A stretch of DNA of 64,000 nt from Escherichia phage ECO07P2. Positions 38,037-48,491 of this stretch are shown here, piece by piece. The notes beneath the pieces are model-generated. The model was not told where the DNA came from and searched no databases. It saw only the letters and a program-made list of their open reading frames with translations. The stretch lies in the sequence record OP172785, one strand, 5' to 3'. Position 1 is the stretch's first letter. Each line of letters starts with the position of its first letter. The translations under genes were made by a program, and so were the position numbers.

Positions 38037-38417
38037 TCACTTAGTCAAATTTTTTACACATGAATTATAAGAATTCACTACATACTCCATCGGAGCATTT
38101 TTACCAGTACGCCATTGGTAATTATTAGCCCAATTAGCCCAAAGCTCAGCGCAGTAGTTTTCAATTTTTTCTTCGCGTGTAATCACATCTGAATTACGAT
38201 ATGCTTGTGCAGATTCATCTGGACGAATAGCTTCGTCAAAATTCGCCTGCATTTGTTCTACTGTCTGTTTTGGAGCTTCTTTATAACACTTAACATTAGG
38301 ATTATAAAATTTGCTTGAACAGTTTACAATTTTTCCTACATCAGACTGATTTACTACCGGTCCTTGAGCTACACAACCAGTAAGACCCAATGCAATAACC
38401 AAAATAGCGATTTTCAT
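38037..38417 (-). CDS. putative lipoprotein (126 aa)
   Basis: MKIAILVIALGLTGC signal peptide with lipobox; Cys-containing mature domain. Confidence 0.6.
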   Translation of the reverse strand: MKIAILVIALGLTGCVAQGPVVNQSDVGKIVNCSSKFYNPNVKCYKEAPKQTVEQMQANFDEAIRPDESAQAYRNSDVITREEKIENYCAELWANWANNYQWRTGKNAPMEYVVNSYNSCVKNLTK

Positions 38418-38429
38418 AATAATTTCCTC

Positions 38430-38681
38430 TTAAAACTTAACAAATAACTTTAAAGCATCTTCAGTTTTAATTCCTTTTCTTACACCCATAACAGAAATTG
38501 GCTGTGACTGAAATTTTCCTTTACCATTATAAATTTCCAATCCTGTCACCATTCCATTTTGTTCTATAATACCGTAAGTATTACCTTCATTTTCAAATTC
38601 TTTAACTTTAAAGAGTTTATTAGCTTTTTCTGCATTAACAACTTTTAAATTTTGAATAAAATTAGTTTGAATATTTTTCAT
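38430..38681 (-). CDS. hypothetical protein (~83 aa)
   Basis: Track ORF trimmed to MKNIQTNFIQNLK start after conserved promoter/leader cassette. Confidence 0.55.
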   Translation of the reverse strand: MKNIQTNFIQNLKVVNAEKANKLFKVKEFENEGNTYGIIEQNGMVTGLEIYNGKGKFQSQPISVMGVRKGIKTEDALKLFVKF

Positions 38682-38709
38682 TTTGTGTTCCTCCGTAGTT
38701 GATAGTTGT

Positions 38710-38739
38710 ATAGTACCATGGAAGAACAGGGATGTAAAC
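38710..38739 (-). promoter_or_regulatory. early promoter GTTTAC-18-TACTAT (cassette variant)
   Basis: Minus strand GTTTACATCCCTGTTCTTCCATGGTACTATAC + leader ACAACTATCAACTACGGAGGAACAC. Confidence 0.55.
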
Positions 38740-38827
38740 AGTTTTGTGAAAAAATTTTTAATGAATTCCAGAGGTCCAGAATCATCTATTTTTCCTAAGT
38801 ATAGATTTATATTACTTGTATGAAAAA

Positions 38828-38844
38828 GGGACCCGGAGGTCCCC
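38828..38844 (-). terminator. terminator hairpin after gene 43
   Basis: gggacccggaggtcccc stem-loop immediately 3' of gene 43 stop. Confidence 0.5.
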
Positions 38845-38856
38845 AGATTTATTCTA

Positions 38857-41553
38857 TCAGCCAAACAGGAAGTCTAACGAAGCTTTTTCCTCATAGTCCA
38901 TACCTGCCGATTCACACATACCCGCAAGCGGTTTAACAAACGATTTTTGGAACAAAGTTGAGTAGTCAATCCAAGCCAGTACATCAGAACGAATTTCTTT
39001 TGGAAGTTCCGTACCCGATGGCCAAGCAATGCACTTGTCACCAAATGGATTTCCCTCACGTAACGGAAGAACCATTACCTTATTTCCATCCAAAATTGGA
39101 GCTACACCTAAACCACTAACAGCTCGACGATAAGTTAGCACACCGCGAATGTGGAACGGGCATTTAAATCCTGGCCAACCTTTATCATCATATTTCGCTA
39201 TATCATTCGCAGTTTTTACTTCAGCAATAACTTTATAGTCAAGTTGACGATATTCTTTCTCAAAGTTCTTGTAGTATTCTTGGACAGACTCTTCGCCTTC
39301 CTGAAGAATGCGACGAATACTTTCTTCGAGAGCTTCTTGTACTGCTTTTGGTGTTGAACTCTGCTGAGTTTCCATACCCATGATTTTTAGATGTGGTTCA
39401 GCAAATCGCTTATCTTCCATATCATAAACGTTCAGAGCATAACGTTTTTTCGCTTTCCAAAATCCACCAACACCCTTTGAACCAAGTGGAGGGCAAGAAA
39501 TAGCTTCACGGTCCATATGCATCAGATGCTCGCGGTTATTCATATAATCACATAACTCACGATATGCAACATCAATCATAGGTTCCATCTTTTTCTTACC
39601 GAACTGATTCATGAATTCAACTAAATCGTTCTGCTCTTTGAATCGGTCAAGACCTACTTTTTCAATTACTTTATCTACACAAACATATACAGAATCAGTG
39701 TCACCCGCTGCGATGAAATCTTCACCATCAGTTCCACACACTTTATTTAGATATTCATTAATTTTACGAGCAATCCACTGAATACCAACTTGTCCAAAAA
39801 TCGTGATAGCAGTAGCATTTCGCAAATCATAGTAGCGGAAATGAATATTACCAAGAGCACCATAAAGACTGTTGATAAGAATTTTACGGTTCAGCTGATT
39901 TGTGTTAGCAAGTGTAGCTGCTTTTTCACATTCTTCGATCAGACTATTAAGAACAGATTCAGTGTAATTCGATAATTCATTTAAGAAATCATCGCTGAAC
40001 TTAACATATCGTTCAACTTCTGGTTTAGTTGAGCAAGACCCTGCACCTTTCATAATAATCTTTTTAATAGCTTCGGCATTCATTTCTTCGGCGAACATTT
40101 TCTTTTTCCAATCTTTACGCTGGAAAAATACTTTAGCGATTTCCTTTGGAATGATACCTTCTTGATGCTTATCATACATCCATCCATTCGGAGAACAAGA
40201 ATATTCATCACTTGGCTTAGGAGCTGTTCCTGCGATATATTCATGAATTGGATGAACTTTAAACTGTCCACGAATAGTCTCAGGACTAATGTTAACCTGA
40301 CGAATAATGCTAGGATACAGAGACGTCAAGTCAAAACTCATAATGTATCGACGAGCAATAGGTTTAGGTTCAAACACAAATGCACCTGGAAAACTTTGTT
40401 TAACGTGCGAACCTTGCTGAGGAATAACCTTATGTTCACTTTTCAACGAGTTAAAAATAATAGCATCCCAAGTTTTAATAGGACTCATTACACCAGAAAA
40501 AGGCATTTTAGCATAATAAGACATACTTAAAACTAGATCGATAAACCCACGAATTTTATCAATTGCTTGAACTGATTCTACGTCAATGATGTTATAACTA
40601 ATGTATCGTTGATGATTAGTCTCACGAAGTTTATTAATAGGACCATCGTACGGTAATTTACCCTTTTTGGTTTCATGCTGAGCAACTGATTCCAAAGAGA
40701 ATGATGGCAAATTAGTAAATGCGAACTTCTTGTACAAATCTAAATAATCAAGAATAGATACGCCATCAATAGAATAAATTTCTTTGCTACCGTACATATT
40801 TTGAATTAGTTTAGATTTTACTCGACCGATTGGAGAGAAGCGTTTCATACTGCGTTCGCCCAGAACCATTTTAACACGATTCATGATATACGGAACGTCA
40901 AATCCCTCAATATTCCAACCGGTAAAAATAGCAGGTCGTTTCTGTTCCCAGAGATTAATATATTCCATGAGCATATCACGCTCATTATCAAATGGCATAT
41001 AAATTACTCGGTCAAGAATTTCTTGAGGAACTTCATCACCACCTTCACAGTCAAGCTTAGCAGCTAACTTTGCATCCCATTTTGATACTGAACCGTACAT
41101 TGAATTCAACAAATCAAAGACGTAAAAACGGTCGTCAATTGAATCATAATGAGTGATAGCATCAATTTCATATTCTGCTTTCATTGGGTCAGGAAATTTA
41201 TCGCCAGTAACCTCAATGTCACAGTTAGCTACACGAACAAATTTTCGGTCATAAACAATTTCTGAACCATATGTATCACTGATATAAGCGAGTTTAAAAT
41301 CGTTCATACCGAGAGCTTCGAGACCGATGTCTTCCATTCGTTTCATCCAATCTCGGGCATCTTTCATTGATGGAAATTTTTGAGGAGCACAGTTTTTACC
41401 ATAAATGTCTTTGTATTTTGACTCTTCCTTACAATGCCTAAACATAGTCGGAAGATATTCTACTTCGCGAGTACGTTCCTTTCCGTTTTCATCAATATAA
41501 CGTTCAACAATGCTATTTCCGACTGTTTCAATAGAGATATAAAATTCTTTCAT
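38857..41553 (-). CDS. 43: DNA polymerase gp43 (family B)
   Basis: 898-aa ORF MKEFYISIETVGNSIVERYIDENGKERTREVEYLPTMF; exo motifs FDIE and polymerase motif YGDTDS. Confidence 0.97.
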   Translation of the reverse strand: MKEFYISIETVGNSIVERYIDENGKERTREVEYLPTMFRHCKEESKYKDIYGKNCAPQKFPSMKDARDWMKRMEDIGLEALGMNDFKLAYISDTYGSEIVYDRKFVRVANCDIEVTGDKFPDPMKAEYEIDAITHYDSIDDRFYVFDLLNSMYGSVSKWDAKLAAKLDCEGGDEVPQEILDRVIYMPFDNERDMLMEYINLWEQKRPAIFTGWNIEGFDVPYIMNRVKMVLGERSMKRFSPIGRVKSKLIQNMYGSKEIYSIDGVSILDYLDLYKKFAFTNLPSFSLESVAQHETKKGKLPYDGPINKLRETNHQRYISYNIIDVESVQAIDKIRGFIDLVLSMSYYAKMPFSGVMSPIKTWDAIIFNSLKSEHKVIPQQGSHVKQSFPGAFVFEPKPIARRYIMSFDLTSLYPSIIRQVNISPETIRGQFKVHPIHEYIAGTAPKPSDEYSCSPNGWMYDKHQEGIIPKEIAKVFFQRKDWKKKMFAEEMNAEAIKKIIMKGAGSCSTKPEVERYVKFSDDFLNELSNYTESVLNSLIEECEKAATLANTNQLNRKILINSLYGALGNIHFRYYDLRNATAITIFGQVGIQWIARKINEYLNKVCGTDGEDFIAAGDTDSVYVCVDKVIEKVGLDRFKEQNDLVEFMNQFGKKKMEPMIDVAYRELCDYMNNREHLMHMDREAISCPPLGSKGVGGFWKAKKRYALNVYDMEDKRFAEPHLKIMGMETQQSSTPKAVQEALEESIRRILQEGEESVQEYYKNFEKEYRQLDYKVIAEVKTANDIAKYDDKGWPGFKCPFHIRGVLTYRRAVSGLGVAPILDGNKVMVLPLREGNPFGDKCIAWPSGTELPKEIRSDVLAWIDYSTLFQKSFVKPLAGMCESAGMDYEEKASLDFLFG

Positions 41554-41611
41554 AGATATTCCTTAGTTTATAGCCCGAGTTATTAGGCTCTTGATATATT
41601 ATACTCCAAAT

Positions 41612-41629
41612 AAGGGGCCGAAGCCCCTT
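41612..41629 (-). terminator. GC tetraloop hairpin (aaggggccgaagcccctt)
   Basis: Between small ORF and gene 43 start. Confidence 0.45.
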
Positions 41630-41631
41630 GC

Positions 41632-41853
41632 TTAAATTAATACCATTTGTCGGTGAAAAATTGTCAATCCATCTGCATTAATTGACTTAACCACTGCGGT
41701 AAAGTGTTTTTGTTCTGGGTGAACTAATTTTTGAAATTCTACCTGAAATTTTAGTTGGAGATTTTCTGGTAAATCAAAAAGTGTTTCTGTTGCAGAAAGA
41801 TTATATTTTTCTTTAAGAGACACCATGTATTCTTGCGGGGTTATAGCAGTCAT
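41632..41853 (-). CDS. hypothetical protein (~73 aa)
   Basis: Track ORF trimmed to ATG overlapping regA stop; MTAITPQEYMVSLKEKYNLS. Confidence 0.45.
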   Translation of the reverse strand: MTAITPQEYMVSLKEKYNLSATETLFDLPENLQLKFQVEFQKLVHPEQKHFTAVVKSINADGLTIFHRQMVLI

Positions 41854-41854
41854 A

Positions 41855-42223
41855 TTAATTACCAATCGTATATTTTGGAACGAGTTTCCATTCATGTTTT
41901 TGTTTAAAAGAAATAACTCGGAAGTTATTGGTTAAATCTTTCATAAAAGTTCTTTGACCAGGAACGATTTCAATCAGCCCCCAATCTTCTAACAGCCATG
42001 CAATCGAATCACGACGAACTTCATCTTCTTCTGTCATTTCAACCTGGCGACCATCCATACGAAGCATTTCTTTAAAATGAACGATATAGTATAGTCCTTT
42101 TTTCTGAAGAATATGACAGGACTGATACAGAACTTTATCTTTATTATTAGCAATTCCCATGCGAGTCAAAGTTTCTTTTACTTTCAGAAAATCTTCAGGT
42201 TTTTTAAGAGTAATTTCAATCAT
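41855..42223 (-). CDS. regA: RegA translational repressor
   Basis: 122-aa ORF MIEITLKKPEDFLKVKETLTRMGIANNKDKVLYQSCHILQKKG as T4 RegA. Confidence 0.9.
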   Translation of the reverse strand: MIEITLKKPEDFLKVKETLTRMGIANNKDKVLYQSCHILQKKGLYYIVHFKEMLRMDGRQVEMTEEDEVRRDSIAWLLEDWGLIEIVPGQRTFMKDLTNNFRVISFKQKHEWKLVPKYTIGN

Positions 42224-42224
42224 T

Positions 42225-42788
42225 TTACCATTCCAATGCTAGTTTTTTGAGTTGTTTCTGTTCTTTTACGTTCTTAGTCACTTCTTTCAAAAAATCATCC
42301 GTGACTAAACCTTTTAGTTCTTTTAATACTAAAGGAAGTTTTCCATTTTTAGTAAGAATTGATTTATAGTTAATTGCATCATTTGTATTAACTTGATACC
42401 GCTTAGCAAGTAACTTAATAATCAATACTTCAGTAGAATCTTCGACCAGTTTTGCCCATTTACCATATCTTTTACCCCGAGGAACAGCAGCCATCAGGTA
42501 ATTAAAATGGGCTTCATCGCTTAAACCTGATCCAATTAAATTCATAGCATATACAGCTGGCATGCATTCAGGAAATTGTGATAATGCATTCTCAACCATG
42601 TATTTTGAATAATCTTTTTGAGCAATAGAGCATTTAGTTTTATTATTAATAGCTCCAATTATTTCAAAAAATTCATTTTCAGCTTTTTCTTTAAAAGAAT
42701 CAGCAGCAGATTGGACAGCTGTCCAATCTTTTGAATACCAAGCAACTTGATGCTCGTTTAATTGAATATCATCTTCAAATAAGCTCAT
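42225..42788 (-). CDS. 62: clamp loader small subunit gp62
   Basis: Start trimmed to [20 protein letters not shown] (187 aa), ATG overlapping gene 44 stop. Confidence 0.88.
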   Translation of the reverse strand: MSLFEDDIQLNEHQVAWYSKDWTAVQSAADSFKEKAENEFFEIIGAINNKTKCSIAQKDYSKYMVENALSQFPECMPAVYAMNLIGSGLSDEAHFNYLMAAVPRGKRYGKWAKLVEDSTEVLIIKLLAKRYQVNTNDAINYKSILTKNGKLPLVLKELKGLVTDDFLKEVTKNVKEQKQLKKLALEW

Positions 42789-42789
42789 A

Positions 42790-43749
42790 TCACTTCCACT
42801 GCATTTCACATGCCAATTGAATGAAAAGATATGCTAAATGTAATTCAGTATTAGCCGCAATTCCATGATACTGGTTATTTTCACCAACAATTTCATACAT
42901 ACGAATAATACTTTGCGGAGTTACGCGTGTATAGATTTCTTCGACAAGTTTACCAACGAACCACGAATAATCAGCCGCATATTTTGGTGCTAAAGCTCTG
43001 AGTTGTTTAACATCTTTATTTTTGAGAGACTCAAGAACATCATCAATAGCACCACGATCGTTAGTAACCAGTGATAAAATACCAGCATCCAAAACACCTT
43101 TAGATGAATAACTATCGAGCTCACCAATAGTTTTACGAAAATCAGGAAAATTCTTTTTAACCAAAGCTGCTACAACTTTCATATCAGCTATAGCAATTCC
43201 TTCATGCTTACAGATTTCAGTCAATCGACGAATCATCTGCTTCATCATTTCAATTTTATCTTCATCGGTCGGTTGACCGAACGTAATAACTCGGCAGCGT
43301 GACTGAAGCGGTTTAATAATACCATCAATATTGTTAGCAGTAATAATAATACTACAGTTTGAACTATAAGCTTCCATAAAGGAACGAAGATGTCGCTGAG
43401 ACTCTGCTAACCCTGAACGGTCAAATTCATCAATAACAATTACTTTTTGACGACCATCAAATGAAGCTGCACTAGCAAAATTAGTCAAAGGACCACGAAC
43501 GAAATCAATTTTACAATCTGACCCATTCACAAACATCATATCAGCATTTACATCATGACACAATGCTTTTGCTACAGTTGTTTTACCTGTTCCTGGAGAA
43601 GGAGAATGAAGAATAATATGTGGAATCTTACCTTTACTTGTAATAGATTTAAAGGTTTCTTTATCAAAGGCGGGAAGAATACATTCATCGATAGTAGATG
43701 GACGATATTTCTGTTCAAGAATGTGTTCTTTTTCATTTACAGTAATCAT
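42790..43749 (-). CDS. 44: clamp loader ATPase subunit gp44 (AAA+)
   Basis: [35 protein letters not shown]; Walker [11 protein letters not shown]; 319 aa after trimming. Confidence 0.93.
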   Translation of the reverse strand: MITVNEKEHILEQKYRPSTIDECILPAFDKETFKSITSKGKIPHIILHSPSPGTGKTTVAKALCHDVNADMMFVNGSDCKIDFVRGPLTNFASAASFDGRQKVIVIDEFDRSGLAESQRHLRSFMEAYSSNCSIIITANNIDGIIKPLQSRCRVITFGQPTDEDKIEMMKQMIRRLTEICKHEGIAIADMKVVAALVKKNFPDFRKTIGELDSYSSKGVLDAGILSLVTNDRGAIDDVLESLKNKDVKQLRALAPKYAADYSWFVGKLVEEIYTRVTPQSIIRMYEIVGENNQYHGIAANTELHLAYLFIQLACEMQWK

Positions 43750-43783
43750 AATTTCCTCATTCAAGTTTTAGTGTAAATTATAA

Positions 43784-43797
43784 AGGGCCGAAGCCCT
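43784..43797 (-). terminator. GC tetraloop hairpin between genes 45 and 44
   Basis: agggccgaagccct. Confidence 0.45.
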
Positions 43798-43800
43798 CTA

Positions 43801-44487
43801 TTAAAAATCGTGGGTAGAATCAGCTTCAAGAGCTACTACATAATTCGCATGTTCACCTTCAAATTTAGCAGCGCCTTGTTTACCTTTTGCCCAGAGAAGA
43901 AGTTTATAATTTCCTGGTTGCATTTTCATATTTGCCATATTGATAATGAAATTAAATGTATTTTCACCATCATAATCACCAAGAGTCAAAGAATATTTAA
44001 CACGGGTCAAAGCAGAATCTTCTACTTTGTTAAAACCGTTAATTACAATTTTACCTTCTTTTACTGTGATAGCAATTGTATCAATCTGCAGACCGCGAGA
44101 TACACGCAACAGCTGTTGAAGGTCTTCAGCTTTAATTTCAGTAACAACAGATGCTACCGGGAATGGAATTGGTTTATTAGGAGCAACTACTGTACTCGGA
44201 TCGGCTGCTGGCCAAAAAATTGTTGAACGGGCATCAGCAATTTTAATATTTCCATCTTCTGACTGGGAAATTTCTGCATCGTCATTAACTAGAGACAGAA
44301 TACCGAGAAAACCGTTCAAATCGTAAATCGCTACATCAAAATCAATAGTGTCAGAAATATTTGCTTCTGCATAAGTTGTACCATTAACCGCGCGAGTCAT
44401 AATAAATTGACCGGATTTAAGCATAATACCGGAGTTAATAGTAGCGAAATTTTTAAGCAGAGCAGTAGTATCTTTAGACAGTTTCAT
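43801..44487 (-). CDS. 45: sliding clamp gp45
   Basis: 228-aa ORF MKLSKDTTALLKNFATINSGIMLKSGQFIMTRAVNGTTYAEANI as T4 gp45. Confidence 0.95.
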   Translation of the reverse strand: MKLSKDTTALLKNFATINSGIMLKSGQFIMTRAVNGTTYAEANISDTIDFDVAIYDLNGFLGILSLVNDDAEISQSEDGNIKIADARSTIFWPAADPSTVVAPNKPIPFPVASVVTEIKAEDLQQLLRVSRGLQIDTIAITVKEGKIVINGFNKVEDSALTRVKYSLTLGDYDGENTFNFIINMANMKMQPGNYKLLLWAKGKQGAAKFEGEHANYVVALEADSTHDF

Positions 44488-44542
44488 GTAATTTCCTTCA
44501 ATTCAAATGAGATTTAATTTTATAACTAATTTAATAAAGCAA

Positions 44543-44932
44543 TTAACGATTAAAATCAGCAGCAATTGTTTCCGCAACAATTTGAGCAGCAACAATTAGA
44601 CGTTCATCTGCATTACCGCAATAATCATCTTCAAGGCGTTCACCGCATGAAGTCATAATAAATTTAGCACCAGCATTTAGAGATTCTGTCGTATGTTTGC
44701 GCATTAGTTCAATCCATTTATCACTCACTTCACGATCGATAGCTTCATAATACGCATGACGAGCAGGTGCAGATTTAATTTTATTCTGAATAACTTCCAT
44801 TGCGTTATCAGAAAGAGACAAAACCCATGCTCGACGAATTTTATTTTGGTTTTGCGGATTTGATTCAGAACGCACATGTTTTGGCTGAATATCTTTTACA
44901 TCAACAGTATAATTCACAGTAATTTTAGTCAT
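44543..44932 (-). CDS. rpbA: RpbA RNA polymerase-binding protein
   Basis: 129-aa ORF at the 45-46 interval; size/position as T4 rpbA. Confidence 0.65.
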   Translation of the reverse strand: MTKITVNYTVDVKDIQPKHVRSESNPQNQNKIRRAWVLSLSDNAMEVIQNKIKSAPARHAYYEAIDREVSDKWIELMRKHTTESLNAGAKFIMTSCGERLEDDYCGNADERLIVAAQIVAETIAADFNR

Positions 44933-44941
44933 AATACACCT

Positions 44942-45130
44942 TTAGTCATAATAATCAGTAACAGTCCAAGCTTCATTCCTGTTGGACATTATTTTCGTAT
45001 ATTCTGATTTAAATGCATTCTTAAGCATAGATTCAGTAACTATATGCTCTTCATTAGAAAAATTATTTCTCAGAATATATCGTTTTATTTCAGGAATAGT
45101 TAATAGATGCTGTCCAGTTGAATATTCCAT
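44942..45130 (-). CDS. hypothetical protein (45.2 position, 62 aa)
   Basis: Track ORF. Confidence 0.5.
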   Translation of the reverse strand: MEYSTGQHLLTIPEIKRYILRNNFSNEEHIVTESMLKNAFKSEYTKIMSNRNEAWTVTDYYD

Positions 45131-45185
45131 GTTTTTCCTCCATAGAGATTATACTCTAATAAATTAAAGCATAATCTCTTATAAA

Positions 45186-46868
45186 TTAAACCATTACAGT
45201 AAACCGACCAACTTTCTTCATTTGGAGATGCTGACCATATGTTTGTGGGTCATGGTCTCTATGCGAAATAACAAAAACGTTAGTATTTTTTAAACTATCT
45301 AAAATAGTTGAAATAGCTTTTACACCTTCAACATCAGTTGCTGAATCAAAAACTTCATCGAGAATTAGTGTGTTTATTTTAACACCTGAAACTTTTTCAG
45401 CAATATCACGCCAAGTAAATAAAAGAGCAATATCAATTCGTGCTTTTTCACCTTGACTAAATGAAGCATAACTAAAATCTTCACGACCACGGGATTTAAT
45501 TGTTTCATTAAATTCTTCATCTAATGTAAACACATAATCCGCTTCCATTATTTTAAGATAATGGTTAATCTGCTTATTAAATAATGGAATGTACTTTTTA
45601 ATAATAGCACCTTTAATACCAGAATCTTTGAGCATATCAGTCAAAATTCCTCTGTGGTATTTTTCCATTACTAAATTAGTTTTTGTCTTAACAATTTTAT
45701 CAAGTTCTTCTTGAAGCAGTGCTATTTCATCAGCATGGTCAATAAACTCAGATGATGCTTTTTCTATAGCTGCTTTAACTTTTTTAGCTTTATCTACAGT
45801 CGTGATTAGAGATTGCTTTTTATTGCGAATATCATTTGCCAACGTCTGCTGGGTTTTAATATTATCTCGGTATTCATCAACAAGAACTTTTAAATTATCA
45901 CGATGTGTTGAAAGCTGTTCAAACGAATGCGTGCATTCAGAAACTTTATCTTTAATTTTAGAAACAACTTTATCACCGGAACTTAATTGTGACAAACAGG
46001 TTGGACATAATCCACCTTCGTGATACATATTAATGACTTTATTATACGAGTCAATTTTTGATTTAATTAAAAATGCTTCTTGACCGATTTTATTAAATGC
46101 ATCAGTCGGGTCTTCATCCAAAACAATATTAACTAATCTTTCATTAGCTTCTTCTATTTCCGATTTTAACGTTCTAGCTTCTTTTGCCAAATCATCATAC
46201 ATGTTCTGCAGACGAGTAAGGTTATCACCAGTTAATTTTTTCTGGCGTTCAACGTTATCATTATATATTTTAATTTGTTGGATAATACTATCTTTTTTAA
46301 CATCAAGCACTTGGTTTTGTGAATTTAATTCACGTATTAGTGCTTTATTAAGCTTATCCATTTCAGCTAATGTTCCTACCTCGAGCAGGTCTTCCACAAG
46401 CTTTCTTCGCGCAGGGGTCGACAAACCCATGAAAGGGGTATACCCTGCTGTACCAAGGACAACAATCTGCTTGAAACTGGCATATGACATTCCGATAAGC
46501 TGTTCAAATTCTGCTTGGAAATCTTTACTGCTGGCAGATTCATTAAGACGTGTACCGTTAACGGTGATTTCGAAAACGTTTGGTTTTTGTCCTCTTTTGA
46601 TATAGTACTTTTTCTCATCATATTCCATCCACAGTTCAACTAAAAGTTCTTTCTTATTTGTGCTGTTTATTAATTGACCTTTCTTTACATCACGAAATGG
46701 CTTGCCAAAAAGCCCAAATGTGATGGCTTCTAACATAGTAGACTTACCACCACCATTTCGCCCAGTAATAAGAGTTTTTTGAACCTTATCTAGTTGAATG
46801 TCAATAGGATTTCCACCTACTGACATTATATTTTGATACCTAACTCGGTTTAGTTTAAAATTCTTCAC
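45186..46868 (-). CDS. 46: recombination endonuclease subunit gp46 (Rad50/SbcC-like)
   Basis: 560-aa ORF; Walker A GRNGGGKST, central coiled coil with CPTC zinc hook, C-terminal signature/Walker B. Confidence 0.95.
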   Translation of the reverse strand: MKNFKLNRVRYQNIMSVGGNPIDIQLDKVQKTLITGRNGGGKSTMLEAITFGLFGKPFRDVKKGQLINSTNKKELLVELWMEYDEKKYYIKRGQKPNVFEITVNGTRLNESASSKDFQAEFEQLIGMSYASFKQIVVLGTAGYTPFMGLSTPARRKLVEDLLEVGTLAEMDKLNKALIRELNSQNQVLDVKKDSIIQQIKIYNDNVERQKKLTGDNLTRLQNMYDDLAKEARTLKSEIEEANERLVNIVLDEDPTDAFNKIGQEAFLIKSKIDSYNKVINMYHEGGLCPTCLSQLSSGDKVVSKIKDKVSECTHSFEQLSTHRDNLKVLVDEYRDNIKTQQTLANDIRNKKQSLITTVDKAKKVKAAIEKASSEFIDHADEIALLQEELDKIVKTKTNLVMEKYHRGILTDMLKDSGIKGAIIKKYIPLFNKQINHYLKIMEADYVFTLDEEFNETIKSRGREDFSYASFSQGEKARIDIALLFTWRDIAEKVSGVKINTLILDEVFDSATDVEGVKAISTILDSLKNTNVFVISHRDHDPQTYGQHLQMKKVGRFTVMV

Positions 46869-47128
46869 AAAAGATTCCTTTTAATGTATCTTTTAGACCA
46901 TTCTATCATATCATCATAATCTAAAAAGTATTCATCAAATTCAGCCATGCAAACAACACCTTGTGCTGCTTTTGATGTGATATAAATTATTCCAACATAT
47001 CTAGAATCTTCTTCGGTGTAATCAATATTTGCTATGAATTCATCGTTAATGTCAAATGTCGAAAACTTCACAATATGCATCCTTAATACAAGATACAGCC
47101 ATATCTTGTAATGATTTAGGTGTGTCAT
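46865..47128 (-). CDS. hypothetical protein (46.1 position)
   Basis: Track ORF 87 aa; start probably internal, overlaps next ORF. Confidence 0.5.
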   Translation of the reverse strand: MTHLNHYKIWLYLVLRMHIVKFSTFDINDEFIANIDYTEEDSRYVGIIYITSKAAQGVVCMAEFDEYFLDYDDMIEWSKRYIKRNLL

Positions 47129-47315
47129 TATCTAAAATGTTGAAGTTAAAAGATACAGCCCAGTCAGTGCAGACCGTGACCTTTTTAATACAATTATCTT
47201 CAACCTCTAGTGGTTCAAACCAGTATTCAATAATTTCTTTATGGCCAATATCATCTTTTACTTCGCATTCAAAATGCTGACTCATCATAACATTTTTAAA
47301 TTCATCAAAAGTCAT
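47052..47315 (-). CDS. hypothetical protein (46.2 position, 87 aa)
   Basis: Track ORF, 4-nt overlap with gene 47. Confidence 0.5.
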   Translation of the reverse strand: MTFDEFKNVMMSQHFECEVKDDIGHKEIIEYWFEPLEVEDNCIKKVTVCTDWAVSFNFNILDNDTPKSLQDMAVSCIKDAYCEVFDI

Positions 47316-48331
47316 TGTGTTGCCTCTACATATAACTGATTTGCATATTGAATAAGTGCTTCACGGTCAGAATCAGTGATGTCTGGAATTGCATTAATGT
47401 ATTCTTCCATCAACGTCTGAAGAGATTGAACTTCAACTTCTTCACTATCATCTGACTCGACAGAGTTATCAATCTTTGATACAACTCGTAATGAATGCAC
47501 AACTTTTTCTAGTTCAGATTCGAACTTCGTTAGATTTTTGTCTACCTCAGTTACTATAACACGTACTGATAGATTTGTAAAATCTTTATAGTCAATTTTT
47601 CCCTTAAATGGATATTGAATTCGACGATGCCAGGTAGTGTTGTTTGGAATAAATTCCATTCGTTCTGTTTCTGTATCAAACATCCAGAACCCACGAGGGT
47701 CATTCTCGTCACCTGCAGTTAGTGTCCATGGTGTCCCAATATATCTGACGTTAGCAGCCTCAGAGATAGTATGGAAGTGACCAGACCACACTTCTTTATA
47801 AGTCTTAAGGAAATCAGGTTCAAGACCGTGAGATTTCATTCCTTTATAAAAATAAAATCCATTCAGTTCCCAGTGACCAACACAAAAAGAAGCAGATGAA
47901 GTTTTGATATGTTCAAGAATTTCACCAGTATTTTCTTCGCACATCCAAGGAATTAAATCAATCAAACATCCGTCAAAATCTACTGTAGTAGGCTTATCAT
48001 ATACTTTAACATTAGGATATTTAGCCAAAAGCTCAGTAGAAGCATTTGGAGTTAAAGTATTTTTAAAGTGCATATCATGGTTTCCTACAACAGTATGCAG
48101 GGTAATACCAGCATCATCAAGCATTTGAACTATTTCACGAGCGAACTCCATAGTTTTATGCGTGATTGCTTTTCGCACATCAAAAATATCGCCGTATTGA
48201 ATCCATGTAGTAATTCCATTTTTCTTAGAATATTCTATTGCTTGTTTAATTCCATCCAACTGAATGGATTGAATCCACTCATCATCGGCTTTAACACCTA
48301 AATGCCAATCACCTAAATTTAAAATTTTCAT
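47312..48331 (-). CDS. 47: recombination nuclease subunit gp47 (Mre11/SbcD-like)
   Basis: 339-aa ORF MKILNLGDWHLG; phosphoesterase motifs GDWH, GDIFD, GNHD. Confidence 0.95.
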   Translation of the reverse strand: MKILNLGDWHLGVKADDEWIQSIQLDGIKQAIEYSKKNGITTWIQYGDIFDVRKAITHKTMEFAREIVQMLDDAGITLHTVVGNHDMHFKNTLTPNASTELLAKYPNVKVYDKPTTVDFDGCLIDLIPWMCEENTGEILEHIKTSSASFCVGHWELNGFYFYKGMKSHGLEPDFLKTYKEVWSGHFHTISEAANVRYIGTPWTLTAGDENDPRGFWMFDTETERMEFIPNNTTWHRRIQYPFKGKIDYKDFTNLSVRVIVTEVDKNLTKFESELEKVVHSLRVVSKIDNSVESDDSEEVEVQSLQTLMEEYINAIPDITDSDREALIQYANQLYVEATQ

Positions 48332-48468
48332 ATATCAAGAACCGTCATTGAAATGCAAAATAAAATTATTGAAATAAATCCATCTGGAGTGCTAAAGAAC
48401 CCAATCCAACACGCTCTAGTGAATAGATAAAACGCTAGAAAAAGTATCACATATCCAAGAAATATCAT
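48328..48468 (-). CDS. small membrane protein (47.1 position, ~46 aa)
   Basis: Below track threshold; MIFLGYVILFLAFYLFTRACWIGFFSTPDGFISIILFCISMTVLDI. Confidence 0.4.
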   Translation of the reverse strand: MIFLGYVILFLAFYLFTRACWIGFFSTPDGFISIILFCISMTVLDI

Positions 48469-48491
48469 TATATCAAACTCCGTATAAAGCT

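Noticed and set aside
43810-44226. 138-aa plus-strand ORF
   Set aside because: Entirely antisense to sliding clamp gene 45.
46201-46605. 134-aa plus-strand ORF
   Set aside because: Entirely antisense to gene 46.
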